Shown: piece after piece, positions 39,701 through 53,349 of the stretch
How positions within the stretch are numbered: position 1 is the stretch's first letter
Layout of the letters: the number at the start of each line of letters is the position of its first letter
Origin: the human T2T-CHM13v2.0 reference genome, Homo sapiens
DNA length: 64,000 bases
Assembly (NCBI RefSeq): GCF_009914755.1
Contig: NC_060947.1
Direction: 5' to 3' (one strand)
Program-made: the position numbers and the translations under genes
Notes under the pieces: generated by a model
What the model was told of the DNA's origin: nothing
What the model saw: the letters and a program-made list of their open reading frames with translations, nothing else
Database searches by the model: none

Positions 39701-40959
39701 CTCTTTTGCTGCTGTATTTATATCCTTCAAATATAGCTATATGCCTATCATAACAAATTCTCTCCCCTCTCCACCATGGCTGACCTAATCTTAAGCTAAA
39801 CTCAGCAGACAAAACTGCAACCCCACCATAACTTCTAGCCATCTCAGTATTTCCTACCCTATGCAGAAAACACCAACTAATTTCTTGCAGTTCTGAGGTC
39901 AGACCTTCCAGGTCTCTTCCTATACATTGGGCAGTGGGGCAGGTGTCCAGAGACCACAAATTGCATTTCAATGACATCCTGTCACCTCCACTCTTCTACT
40001 TCTCTAGGGTACAGAAGTACTTCCTCAGTGATTTTTTTCTAACCACATGTTTTGAGGGTCTGGCAGAACAGATCCAATTCAGAAGAACATCTTAGAAGAT
40101 TTTGTTGAATCTATCTGGGTGCAGAACTTATTCCTTCACTCTCACACTCAACTTTTGTTGAAAACTAGCAGTGTCATACCCTAGTGAATCTGACATGTTC
40201 TCTCTCAAGGAATTCACAGTCTAATACAGGAGATAAATAGGTCCCTCTCCCCAATTTACCCCCTGCCACCCTCCTTTTCTAAAGAAAATACAATTCCTCA
40301 TCTCCCATTCACTCTTCACTGAAATTGGGCCTCTGCTCATAATGTTTTAATAAAGCCTTTTCTGCCAAAGTCAACCAGTAACCTCTGAATTAGCAAACTC
40401 AATAGTCTTTTTTCAATATTCATCCAACTAAAATGCAAGAATATTCAGCACTATTGATTGTTGGACTGCTTTTTCTTGAAATCCTCTCCCTGTCCTTGGT
40501 TTCCATGACACCACTCTCCCACGTCTCCTCCTACATTTCTGAGTGCCCTTTCTTTCTCTCCTTTACACCACTTTCTCCCTTTCCTCTCAGCAGACAGCTT
40601 CTCCTTATAGTTGATTTAAAAAGATAAGCATTGAGAAAAGAACTTCCTCTTCTTTCCACCGCTGCATCACCAACCTACCTTGCCTTATCTCCTCTTAATA
40701 TGGGTGAATTATCCTTATCCTTAACAAAGTTCAACTCCGCACTTCTGCTCTGATCTTCCCAAGGACCTTGCTGCTGCAATTATATTTGTCTATGCTGTCC
40801 ATTTCTTTTCTATACCATCAATTTCTCCCTTGCTACTGAATTATTTCCATTAGCAGTCAGATATTTAATATTTGTGATTTTAAAATTTCCCCTTATGTTT
40901 AATATACTTTTATTGAATGTGTCCCTTTAACATATATATTGTTTTGTGTGCATGTATTT

Positions 40960-41195
40960 TTATAGATACATAATAATTGTACATACTTTGGGGGTACGTG
41001 ATATTGTGATACATGCAAATAATACATAATGATCAAATCAGAGTAATTGGAATATCCATCACCCAAACATTTATCATTTCTTCATGTTAAGAATATTCCA
41101 AATCTTCTCTTAAAGCTATTTTGAAATATACAATAAGTTACTGATAACTATAGTCACCCTACTGTGCTATCAGACACTGGAACTTATTCCTTTCT
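40960..41195 (-). mobile_element. L1MA 3' end fragment
   Basis: ataattgtacatactttggggtacgtgata...gctattttgaaatatacaataag...ctggaacttattcc. Confidence 0.85.
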
Positions 41196-41239
41196 TTTAA
41201 AAATTAATTTTATTAACCGACAAAAATCACCATATATTT

Positions 41240-43247
41240 ATCCCAATTGCCTCTCTAGCTAACACTCTTATTTTTCTATACTCCTTTTACAACTAAACTC
41301 ATAGAAAGACTTACTACCTTCACTTCTTCACTGTCCATTCTTTTATGAAACAATCCATTCAGGCTTTTGTCTCTGGGTTGCCAATGACTTTCATGTTGCC
41401 AAAATCAATAGTCAATTCTCAGAATCAATGTCTCATCAACATTTGACACAGCTGAGTACTCCCTCTTTCTTGAATCAGTTTCTTCACTTGCATTGTGGGA
41501 TACCACTCTCATTTGGTTTTTCTCCTACCTCACTGGCCACTTCTCCTCAGATTATTCTTTGGGTTTTTCTTCATCTGCCCTATCTTTAAATATCGGAGTA
41601 TCCCAGGGCTCAATACAAGGACCTCTCCTCTTTGCTGCCTACACTTAAAAAAATTAAAGGTAACTTTATTTTATCAAGATTTAATTTCCTTTTAATGTCC
41701 ATGGTTTTAGCTCCTGCCAAAATTAGAGGCTGCCTCCTCAACTGGTCCAACTTAGGCTTAAAAATATTTTTTACCTTGAAATAATTTAAAATGTATGATA
41801 GAGTTGTAAGAACAGTACAAGGAATTCCTGTGTAGCCTTTATCTAGATTCACCAACTGATTACATTTTGTCACATTTGCTTTTTCACTCCCTCTCTCTCT
41901 AGACATATAAATTAATATGCATGTATGTATTTACTCATCTATTTCAGAGAGAGTTTCAGACCTCATGCCCCTTTACCTCTAAATACTTCAGTTTGTCTTT
42001 CCTAAGGAGAGAAATTATCTTATACAATTACAGTACTATTATCAAATTCAGGAATTTTTATATTAATACCATTTTATAATATACTTAACCCATTAATGTT
42101 CTCACCTGGTGTCAAAGCTTTATCAGAGGGTGACTCCAAAATTTAAATATTTAACCTTGACCTATTTTCTCAATTCTAGACTCTTCTACCTAATTTCTTA
42201 GTTAACATTAGCATGTAGCTGTCCAATAGACATGTCATTACATTTACAAAGTTAATGTGTATAAAACCAAGCTACTTCTTTCCTACTTCTTCCCGTTACC
42301 CATAAAACTTGTTTCTCCTCCAGTCTTTCTCGCCTCAGTAAATGGTACCACCCAGTTATTCAGGTCAAAACCCAAGGAAGCATTTAGTCCTTGCCTACCC
42401 ATTCCCTACCACAGCCCTGCCCAATTCACACTTGATCCATCAGCAAGTCCTCCAAAACAAATCCTAAATCTAACAACTTTTTACCATCTCCATCACTAAA
42501 ATCCAAATCCGACTCATTACCATCTCTTGCTTGAATTATTCCAAGTAGCCTCCTAACAAGTTTTCCTGCTTCCTCTCTGCCCCCTACAGTCTGTTTCCCA
42601 TACAGCAGCCACGGTGATCATCTATCAATCCAAAACTAATCATACCACTGTTCTGCTTAGAACTCTCTAACAGCTTCCTTCTGCAAATAGAATACATTTG
42701 TACACATTTGAACTTCTTACCAGAGCCTACAAGGCCCTGTGTGATTATATGCCTGGCTTCCTCTCCTTTCATGCTTCCTTTGCTTACCACACTCCAGTTT
42801 TAAAGCTTTCTTTCTGACCCTTGAATACATCATGTATTTTTCCATTTAAGAGCTCTTGTACTTGATATTCTTCTGGCTGGAATGCTCTTCTCCCCAGATC
42901 TTTATATGGCTGCCTCTTTCTTATCATTTAACTCTTGGTTCAAATATCTTCATAGTGGTCTTCCCTGAATGAGCTAAAGTCTCCCCTGCCCCTGCTGCTC
43001 CTACCACACCCACATTTAGTCATTTTATATGCCTTTGCATTGCTTTATTTTCCTTTATAGCACTTACCAGTAATGGATATAACATGTTTGCGTATTTGTG
43101 ATTATTGTCTACTTCTCCCATTCCTGTTAGAATATCAGCTCCATGAGGGAAAAGGCTATTTTGTTCACTGATATACCCCCAGTTCCTAAAATAGTACCCG
43201 ACACAGACCATGGCTCTAGTAAATATTTGTTAGATGAATGAATGAAT
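41240..43247 (+). mobile_element. L2a fragment running to its 3' end, interrupted by an L1MC-like piece (~41760-42090)
   Basis: L2 blocks (catttgacacagctgagtactccctctttcttgaa) and the terminal aaatatttgttagatgaatgaatgaa. Confidence 0.75.
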
Positions 43248-44178
43248 GGTTCCCCTCTTTGCATTTAGCTCACATATGTCCCCCAGAATCTGGTCCCTGA
43301 TCGTCTTCTTTTCCTCCCTACATTACTGTTTCTGGAAGATCCCATCCATCCCAATGGCTTCAATTACTATCGACCCAAATAACTTTCAATTTAATTATTG
43401 AGTCATTTTTTTCTTTGTGTACCCAAGAACCATAGTTACAACTGTCTACTCGTCCTTTATATTTGGACGTCTTACAGATGCTTCAAATTCCACATGTCTA
43501 AAACTAGCTCATTATTTTGTTTCTTTTTGATATAAAGCATATAAAGTACCTAGTCAAATGCTCAGTGTCTAAGAGGCACTCAATAAATGCTAGTTCTTAT
43601 AAATAGCATTTGTAACTAGTATCTTTTAACTCAATCCAATTTGGCAAGAAACCTTGCACTCATCTTTGACTCTATCTCTTTCCTTTGCTGAATCCACTAT
43701 CTCAGCTTTCAAGTATTTGGATGCCTGACAACCCAATACCCCTAAAAGTCTCAGCCTCTAATCCTCACTGCAATAACCCTTACTGCCCTTGCCTGGCATA
43801 CATTCATTCCATTCAATTAGCTATTCAATGAGTATCGAGCATGTAACCCTGCTAAGCACTATGATCACTATACTTAAGATAGGAGGAAAAACAACACATG
43901 GACACTGCCCAAAATTTACAGGGGGGAAATAGACAAGTAAACAGGCTGTTACGATTCTAGATAGAGGAAATTAAAGGGTGTTGTTTATGGGAGGAAGCTT
44001 AATACAGTCTGGGGATATCAACCCTAACACTTCTTAGAAGTGATAAAGCTTAGGTCAAGTCTTGAGTGTTGAATAAGAGTTAGCTAAACAAAGAAGAGGA
44101 AGGAGCAGTCATCATTTTGGGAAGAAGGAGCAGAATGTGAAAAGGCACAGAGATATGAGAGAATATGTTGTAGCTGGA

Positions 44179-44630
44179 TGTGATGGTTAATACTGAGTGT
44201 CAACTTGATTGGATTGAAGGATACAAAGTATTGATCCTGGGTGTGTCTGTGTGGGTGTTGCCAAAAGAAATTAACATTTGAGTCAGTGGGCTGGGGAAGG
44301 CAGAACCACCCTTCATCTGGTGGGCACAATCTAATCAGCTGCCAGCAAATATAAAGCAGGCAGAAAAATGTGAGAAGCAGAGACTGGCCTAGCCTCCCAG
44401 CCTACATCTTTCTGCCATGCTGGATGCTTCCTGCCCTCGAACATCAGACTCCAATTTCTTCAGCTTTGGGACTCAGACTGGCTCTCCTTGCTCCTCAGCT
44501 TGCAGATGGCCTATTGTGAGACCTTGTGATCATGTAAGTTAATACTTAATAAGCTCCCCTTTATATATATGTGTGTGTGCATATATATATCCTATTAGTT
44601 CTGTCCCTCTAGAGAACTCTGACGAATACA
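44179..44630 (+). mobile_element. ERVL solo LTR MLT2A (A1/A2)
   Basis: tgtgatggttaatactgagtgtcaacttgattggattgaagg ... ctattagttctgtccctctagagaactctgacgaataca; 5-bp TSD ctgga/ttgga. Confidence 0.92.
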
Positions 44631-45466
44631 TTGGAGAAATATAAGCAGTTGAATGTGGCCATAACATAAAGTGCAGGCTTGTGTGGAGATGGCAGAGATA
44701 AACAGGCGTTCTATTTCAAGGGGCCTGTTCACCAAATTAAGGAGTTTGGATTTTAACCTGAACACAATAGGGAACTTTGAAGGGTTTTGGTGAGTAAAGA
44801 TTTCATGATGAGATTTGCATTTTAAAAGATGACTCTGGTTGCACTGTGGAGAATAAATTCAGGAGGTAGGGAGCATGGTAAAACTAGAGGTAGGTAAACA
44901 AATTGAGAGACTTGCAGTGAGCAAACAAGAGAGAAGAAGTTTGAGAAATTTTCAGCATATATAAAATGGCCAAGACTTGCTCAATTAGATATAGCAATAA
45001 GGAGCTGAAAAAACTGGGTTCACTGTGAATTATTTACCTTTATAGAGGCACACAGGAGGAGAAGCAGATTTTATCAGGGTTTGGAGGTAGAAGTTAATGA
45101 CTTTAACATATAGAGTTTTGGAGATACGTGTGGGGTATAAAAATGAAGATACCTAGAAAGAAGTGGTATAAATGGGAGTGAGGTATGGGATGGAGTGAGA
45201 GATTTAGAAGTCTTATTTGCTAAATTAAATCATGGAATGAATTAAATCACCCAGAATGTACAGTGTTAGAAGAGTAGAGAAACTTGTGCAGAACTTCAGA
45301 GAATATTAATACATAAGGGGCAAGTAGAGGAAGAGGAACCATAAAAAAGGAATAGACAAGAGAAAGCAAAGAAAAACCAGGGGAAGCATAGTGTTTCTGG
45401 AGCCAAAGGAAGATAAAATTTTTAGAAGACAATAATGTTCAACAATGTTAAGTGCTGATGAGAAGT

Positions 45467-45914
45467 TGTACTGAGTTGAATGGTGCCCCTGCAAAATTCA
45501 TGTTTACCCAGAACCTTTGAATGCAACCCTGTTTGGAGACAGAGCCTTTGCAGATGTAATTAGTTATTATGAAATCATACTGGACTAAGGTAGGACCTAA
45601 ATCCAATGACTGGTGACCTTACAAGAAGGCCACATAGACACAGACACACAGAGACACAGGGGAAAGGGCCATGTGAAGATGGAGGCAGAGGTTGGAGTGC
45701 TATGTCTACAAGCCAAGGAATGCCTAGGGTTGCTGGTAAACACCAGAAGCTAGGAAGAATCAAGGAAGGACCCTCCCTTAGAGCCTTCAGAGAGAGCATG
45801 GCCCTACCGACACTTGGATTTCAGACTTCCAGTATCCTGAACTATGTAATCTCTGCTATTTTAAGGTACCCAGTCTGTGTCACTTTGTTGTGACATCCCT
45901 AGGACACTAATACA
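45467..45914 (+). mobile_element. ERVL-MaLR solo LTR (MLT1B/C-like)
   Basis: tgtactgagttgaatggtgcccc...gccatgtgaagatggaggcagag...ctaggacactaataca; TSD gaagt/gaggt. Confidence 0.9.
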
Positions 45915-47416
45915 GAGGTGAAGTAACACAGGAACCAAAAGGAGTTCATTGCTTTTCAAAATAGTTTACCTGTGAAAGGAAAAAAGAGCACAATACCTAA
46001 AGATGACTATAGGTCTGGGAAAGGTGTTTTCAAAATGGGAGACTTGAGCTGGTTTGTAGACTTAGGGGAAAAAACTAGGACAAGAGAAGGGTAACAGGTT
46101 GAAAATGCCTGAAAAAGGGAGAGTGGAAATTAAAGGAGCAAGATTTCTTTAAAAAGTGGAGGAGAATGAGGTCCAGGACACCTGTGAAAAAATTGGGTAT
46201 GTCCAAGTGAGGAGGTAAACTCTTTTAAGATATACCCCTTTGGGTTTCAGAAAGATAAGGATAGAAAAAAGTCACGTAGATTCATCTATACAGGGTCTTA
46301 AATGCTGGGATGAAGTATTTAGACTTATTTCTGCAGGCAGTTGGAGCTTTTTTGAGAAAGGAAATGACATGAGCCAGGCTAAGCACAATAGAGACCTCAT
46401 AACTCATGAGATTTACCCAAAGCACAATTACTGCTGATTGAAATAAATACAGAGATGTACTTTAGGAAGATTAATTTGGCAGAAGTGCAGAGAATGGGTT
46501 GGAGGGCATCCAGACAAGAGGTAATGAGTCCCTGGCAGTAGCAGGACGAAGGAAAAGGAAATAGATGAGATGGATATTAGAAACACTGCACAGGGAGCTC
46601 AGAAAGGACTTGGTGACTGCTGGGAATAAAAGAGGGAATTTAAGTGGATTCTACTATTGTGAGCTTGATTGACAAGGATGGGAAAGATGCCATAGACTGA
46701 AATAGAGATATTAGGACACTGGAGGGGGTTGGTTGGGTAAGGGTTAATGTACACCTTGGAATGGAAGTCTGGAGCTCAGGAAGAAGGGAAAGCTGGGAAG
46801 AGAGATCTGGCAGTCTCCTATATCCAGGAGAGAGGTGAAACCTTTGGAAGTGGATAAATTCATAAAAGATGAATTGGCAGAGGAAAAAGTTAAGGCAAAG
46901 GATAGAATCACAAACTTACTTTAGGTACAGAAAGGAGACATTTCCCCCAAGTATAGAAAGGCTTCCTAGAGGAGGTAGCAAATGTGAAACATCCCAGAAA
47001 CAGTGGAAAGAAACCTTGACTGGTAAGAAGAAGCTGCTGGTTCTAGTCTAGTCTACCTCTGTCGCTGTGTGGCCTTAGGAAAGTCCTTTCTCATTCTAAT
47101 CCTCAATCTTCTCACCTATAAAATGAGGTCACTGAATACGGTGATTACAGAAACCTCTTTTAGCTCTAGCAGTACATTTTCCTTTGATTGAAGCTTGACT
47201 TTGGCCTTTGTTTTGGCAAGAGAGGTAGATAACTTTCTAGATCAAGAAATAGTATACAATGGCAAAGAGGCACATTTAAGAAAAGAGAAATGAATGAATT
47301 CAGAACTAGTCATTTTCACAACTTGAGCTATCCAACCTAATGATCATTCTGATTGACAATTATTAGGGTACTATGTGATTGATAATAACACCTGGTCTAT
47401 GAGTTGTGTAATGAAG

Positions 47417-47729
47417 TTTTTTTGTTTGTTTGTTTGTTTTGAGACAGAGTCTGGCTCTGTCTTCCAGGCTGGAGTGCAGTGGCGTGAGATCTCGGCTCAC
47501 TGCAAGCTCCGCCTCCCGGGTTCACGCCATTCTCCTGCGTCTCAGCCTCCGAAGTAGCTGGGACTACAGGCGCCCACCACCATGCCTGGCTAATTTTTTT
47601 TTTGTATTTTTAGTAGAGATGGGGTTTCACCGTGTTAGCCAGGATGGTCGCGATCTCCTGATCTCGTGATCCGCCCGCCTCGGCCTCCCAAAGTGCTGGG
47701 ATTACAGGCGTGAGTCCCCGCGCCTGGCC
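47417..47729 (-). mobile_element. AluY SINE
   Basis: Diagnostic tgcaagctccgcctcccgggttcacgccattctcc; many CpGs retained; TSD atgaagtttt. Confidence 0.96.
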
Positions 47730-48556
47730 GGATGAAGTTTTAACCAGTATTGTACTGCCTGCTAAAATCAGTACTGAAGGATAAGTACTGCCTTCCTTTT
47801 ACTTAGGAAAAAGAAAAGAGCAGTTACCAAATGGCTACTCTGTTTCAGGTACTTTCATATATTTACCTAAAAGGTAATTTACATGAAGGCAAGATTTTCT
47901 TTTAAATCTGTTTTATTAACTGATATATCACTAATACCTAAAATAGTGCTTAGCACATAGTTTTCAATATTGTTTGAATGACTTGAAAAATATATGTATA
48001 TATTTTATATATACACATATTTTATATGTGTGTGTATATAATGTCATTTGATCATTATAACAAACTTGCAAAAGAGACATTAGTGTTCTTATCATACGGA
48101 TGGGAAAAGAATGACTAAAAGAGGTTATATAAACTTACTCAAAGTCACACAACCTGTAGGGGTCGTGCCAGAGTCAAACACAACAGATTTATAAGCTCCA
48201 TGTGGGCAGGGAATGTGTCTATGTTATTCTCCATGGTATCCCCAACAGCTAACTCCGTATCTAGATGGAAGTAGCATTTAATAAATATCTTGTGAACAGA
48301 AGGAAGCAGGCAAGCAAACACACACTTGTGTGAACCCATATACCATTCATTTTACCCTGTACCAACCACATCATTGCCCAAATTCAAAAGAATAATTGAA
48401 TCTCAAGAATCCAGCAGTTTGCCTACCATGTTTGTTGGCTTAAATATTCTGTGATTTTTTTATTCATTCTCACTTGTAGACTACGATGGTTCTCTTTCAG
48501 TCTTTTTAAGCTTTAGAGAGAGCCTCAAGGTCTTCTTTTTGGAGAATGCTTTATAC

Positions 48557-48810
48557 CAGGGGCCAGCAAACTTAGTCTGTGAAGGGCCAGGTAGTAAATA
48601 TTTTAGGTTTTGTAGACTATATAGTGTCTGTTGCAACTATTCAACTTTGCCATTTTGGTGTCTTTTTTTTTTTTTTTTAAAAACAGCTATAGACAACACA
48701 TAGATAGATCAGCATGCCTGCTCCAGTTGCTTTTATTCCAATAAAATGTTAATTGGAAAACTAGTTAGCAGGCCAGATTTGGCCACAGACCATAGTTTAC
48801 CCCACCTCTG
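48557..48810 (+). mobile_element. MER58A hAT MITE
   Basis: caggggccagcaaac...aagggccaggtagtaaatattttagg ... ggccagatttggcc...atagtttacccacctctg. Confidence 0.85.
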
Positions 48811-49068
48811 TTTTATATTATTATTTTAATTTTTCTCTCTCTTGCCTTTCCAGGACTTCTCTAACACTGTGCCAACTGTAAACATCTTCCTATCCCTGGT
48901 ATATTAATACATGGTAGGACAACTTCAGTTTTAACAAGTTTCAACAGTTGTAACCCCTTCCATTTAATTATAGATGGCAGGAGTATTATGACAACAACAA
49001 AGACAGGACAGCTAGGGAGGCTGGCAGGTGGCCTAGACAAGGCTCAAAGATATGGCAGTTCCTTTTCA

Positions 49069-50437
49069 TAATCTTAATGCTGGTCCAGGATCTAGATACC
49101 AGGTTCATATAATAAAAACTAGATTTTTTGCTTTTTGATCAGTGTACCCAAAATTGATCAGTTATTTAAAAACAGTCTTTCAAATATCCATAATCATAAT
49201 AAACTGAATGGAATGTCATATGCCAATTTAAGTGACCACGAGAAATATAACTATCAAGAAAACCAGTTACTCATAGTTCCTACTTCCCTACATAAGGATG
49301 TGTAAAAAAAAAAAACTCCTGAGTCCTTCCTATGTGTCATAGAGTGTACTAGGTGCTGAGAACGCAACAATGAACAAGCAGCCCCTGTCCTCATGGTTCT
49401 AGTCTAAGGGTCATTTTTTTTTCCTCTATAGAGCCAAATAAATATTTTAGGCTTTTTGTGTCACACAGTCTGCCACAACTCAATTTTGCCATTTTAGTAT
49501 GAAAGAAGCATAGATAGTACATAAATCAATAGGTTCCAATAAAACTTTATTTATGGACACTTACATTTGAGTTTCATATAATTTCACATATCATGAAATA
49601 CGATTCTTTTTTCCACCAACCATTTAAAATATATACATATATGTATGTATGTGTGTATATATATATCAAAGAGATATCTATACCCCATATCTATTGCAGC
49701 AGTATCCAGCTGAGATATAAAATCAATCTAAGTGTTCAAAAACAGATGAATGGATAAAGAAAATGTGGTATATATACACAATGGAGTGTTATTCAGCCAT
49801 AAAAAGAATGAAATCCTGTCATTTGCAGCAACATGGAGGACGTTATGTTAAGTGAAATAAGCCAGGAACAGAAAGTTGAACACCACATGTTCTCACTCAT
49901 ATGTGGAAGCTAAAAATATTGATCTCATAGAAGTAAAGAGTAGAACAGAGGTTACTAGAGGGTGAGAAGGTAGGGGGAAGGGAGGGATATACAGAGATTT
50001 GTTAAATAATACAAAATGGCAAAATTGAGTTGTGGCAGACTGTGTGACACAAAAAGCCTAAAATATTTATTTGGCTCTATAGAGGAAAAAAAATGACCCT
50101 TAGACTAGAACCATGAGGACAGGGGCTGCTTGTTCATTGTTGCGTTCTCAGCACCTAGTACACTCTATGACACATAGGAAGGACTCAGGAGTTTTTTTTT
50201 TTACACATCCTCATGTAGGGAAGTAGGAACTATGAGTAACTGGTTTTCTTGATAGTTATATTTTTCGTGGTCACTTAAATTGGCATATGACATTCCATTC
50301 AGTTTATTATGATTATGGATATTTGAAAGACTGTTTTTAAATAACTGATCAATTTTGGGTACACTGATCAAAAAGCAAAAAATCTAGTTTTTATTATATG
50401 AACCTGGTATCTAGATCCTGGACCAGCATTAAGATTA
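49069..50437. repeat. Near-perfect inverted duplication: arms 49069-49495 (427 bp) and 50013-50437 (425 bp), spacer 517 bp
   Basis: Base-by-base comparison finds only 2 substitutions and two 1-nt homopolymer length differences (A12 vs T11, T9 vs A8). Confidence 0.97.
49403..49630 (+). mobile_element. MER58B fragment (3' end not found)
   Basis: aaatattttaggcttt...actcaattttgccattttagt...ttccaataaaactttatttatggacac...tttcatataatttcacat...caaccatttaaaa. Confidence 0.75.
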
Positions 50438-50622
50438 ATGTATTATATATTTTCAAATAACTAGAAGAAAGGATATTGAATGTTCCCAACATAAAGAAAT
50501 GATAAATGTTTGAGATAATAGATATGCTAATTACTGTGATCTGATCACTATACATTGCACATTGGAAAACCACTATGTACCCCATAAATACGTACTATGT
50601 ATCAGTTAAAATAAATTAAAAA
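49665..50622 (+). mobile_element. L1MA 3' end interrupted by the right arm of the inverted duplication
   Basis: cagatgaatggataaagaaaatgtggtatat...gttaaataatacaaaat | insert | taatgtattatatattttcaaataactagaag...gtaccccataaata. Confidence 0.9.
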
Positions 50623-52069
50623 ATGGAAGTGAAAGAATAACCTGGAGGCTGATAAATGACATTGGTAAGGAAATGAGAGTGATAATCCCTGCTTGTCTGA
50701 GCTTCAAAAATGAAGGGAATCTTACATGAGGGTGGAGGAATGATGGTTCGGAAGTTGTCTATGGAGAGCATGGCTAAACCAGAATATGTCAATATACTGT
50801 ACATTCAATTGTATCTTGCCTTTTTGTAAGAAAAAGTAATACAGTACCCTAAGACTTTACCCACATCATCAAAAATTACTTGTGTTCATTTTCTCTGTCT
50901 GTACATTTTTGTAATTTCCTCCATACACAACCTCTTTCTTTCATGCATATTTCTTAAGGGCATTCCTGATTGCTTATGAGTTTGTTCCCATTACGAATGA
51001 CATAAATTTCTCCATATAGCTTCTAATTGATTACTGTGGTCTATTGTTACCTTTAAATTTGTTACTCTTTGACTTCTCCTTTGAACTGGTTGTAACACTT
51101 TACGTTTTCCTCATTAATGAGTGAAATACAATCTTTAACATGTTCATTTTTTGTCTACGTAAGAATCAAAATTTTGCCTTTTAAAAATTATTTTAATACT
51201 TGTAATGAATTGTTACTGTCCTATACTATTGAATTAGATTTCATAGAATTCCATGTATATATTTTGCATCTAAATTCACAAATTGGATAGAATATTCTTT
51301 CTTAGAGCAGTCTGTCAGGTTTTGGTATCAGAGTAATGCTAGCTTCAAAAACAATGTGAATAATTCTGCAACATTTTCAATACTATAACATACTTATAGA
51401 ATTAAACGTGGCTATTTCTAGAAAATTTGAAGGAATTCACAGATAAAAATATCTGTCCCTTAAAGCCCTAAAGTATTTTTAGATGTCCCTAAAGTATTTT
51501 TGGAAGTTTCTCTTTGATAATTGTTTTCGAAGTTTCTACTGTTACATGTCCATTTAGTTTTCAACTTCTCAATAATTTCTGGCATTTAATATTTTATTAG
51601 ATATTTTTAAGTTCTCTGAGATTTTCAAATATATTAAGGTACAATTATAGTAGTGCGCCTTTAATTTAAAAAATCTTTCTTTGTTGTTGTATTCCATTTG
51701 TCATTTAAATTTTATTGGTAATTCATCTTTGTTTTCTTGATTAAATTTGCTAAAGGCTTATCTATTTAATTCATCCCTCTGAAAAGAAACCTAGTCCTTG
51801 GTTTCATATTATATTGAATTATTAGTCATTTAATTTCATTCTTCATTTTTAATAATAAAATATTTAAGGTTATGAATTTACTTCTGAATATTCTCAAAGT
51901 TTTGGTAAGTCATGATCTCATTTTTATTATTGTTTGTTAGTCTGCTAGTGTTTCTTTGTGCTAATATTCACATATAAATGTGATCTAAAATATTCAAGTA
52001 ATTGAAGACTTTAAAATTTGTTTTTAAATTGTAAACATTGTACATTATCATCAGATATTTCTACTCTTA

Positions 52070-52368
<299 letters not shown>

Positions 52369-53334
52369 GAGTTTGCAAAGCTTTTCTTTGTGACATACAT
52401 ATGATCATTTAAAAATATTATCTCAATATTTGAAGAGACAATATGCAGTCTATAAACAATTTTCAAAATGTATTAATTGGATCTAATGAATTGTTTTTCA
52501 AATCTTCTAAGTACTTTATTTTGGTCTACTTTATTGTCAATTAAATTATGTTAAACTCTCCCATACAGAAGTTTCTATCACTTTTTGTATAGCTGACAGT
52601 TTTTTCTTTATATATTTGGATGCCATGTTTTTTGCAAAAAAAAAATGGTTCATAAATATAATATCTTCAATACGGTTTGTATCATCAATCAATATAAAAT
52701 GAATATCTTGGGATCAACATGGTTGTGTGGTCATTGTTCCTGATTTTTTTTTCCTAATAGAGAAGTGACATGCTCAAATACCTATTTGGAGAATGGATTG
52801 ATTAGGAAAAAGTGAGACTGAAAGCTGAGAAGCCAGTGGGAAGGCTCTTAGAATAGTCCAGGTGAGAAATCATGAGTGGCTGGATTAAGACAAAGGCAAC
52901 CAAGAGGTCTTTAGCAGGTTAAAAACATCAAGACTTGGAATTAATTGAATTGGGTGAGAGAGGAGTTGAGGGTGACACCTACATTTCTGATTTAGCTGAC
53001 CATTATCTAGACAGCAATATAGGAAGAAGAGCTGGGTTGGCTTTTCAGAATTGGCCATGTTCTAAAGTTCCTTCTGTTTATATTCATCCCAAAAGGACTC
53101 AAGCCCAGACCTAAAGCTAAGTGTTGGATCTTTGTCAGCTGATTGTTTACTCAAACCAAAGTCTTTCTACCTGTATAAAACACTAGGCTGAATATTCACA
53201 AATTTTAGGGTAATCACACTTCTTTTACGTGTTAAGAGCTCTTTCATAAAGTTGACGAAAAATTTGGACTGAACGAGAGGGAATTAATTTCCTATACCGT
53301 GCCCAAGGTAGTCCACATGTGAAGGTTAAGTTTT

Positions 53335-53349
53335 CCACAAGAGGGCAGC
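53335..53349 (+). promoter_or_regulatory. Candidate CTCF site CCACAAGAGGGCAGC
   Basis: Close match to the CTCF core CCASYAGRKGGCRS in non-repeat sequence. Confidence 0.5.

Noticed and set aside
40260-47030. Oppositely oriented L2 fragments as further inverted duplications
   Set aside because: The pairs I spot-checked by eye showed only generic L2-level similarity with no shared idiosyncratic blocks. A computed dot-plot would be more sensitive.
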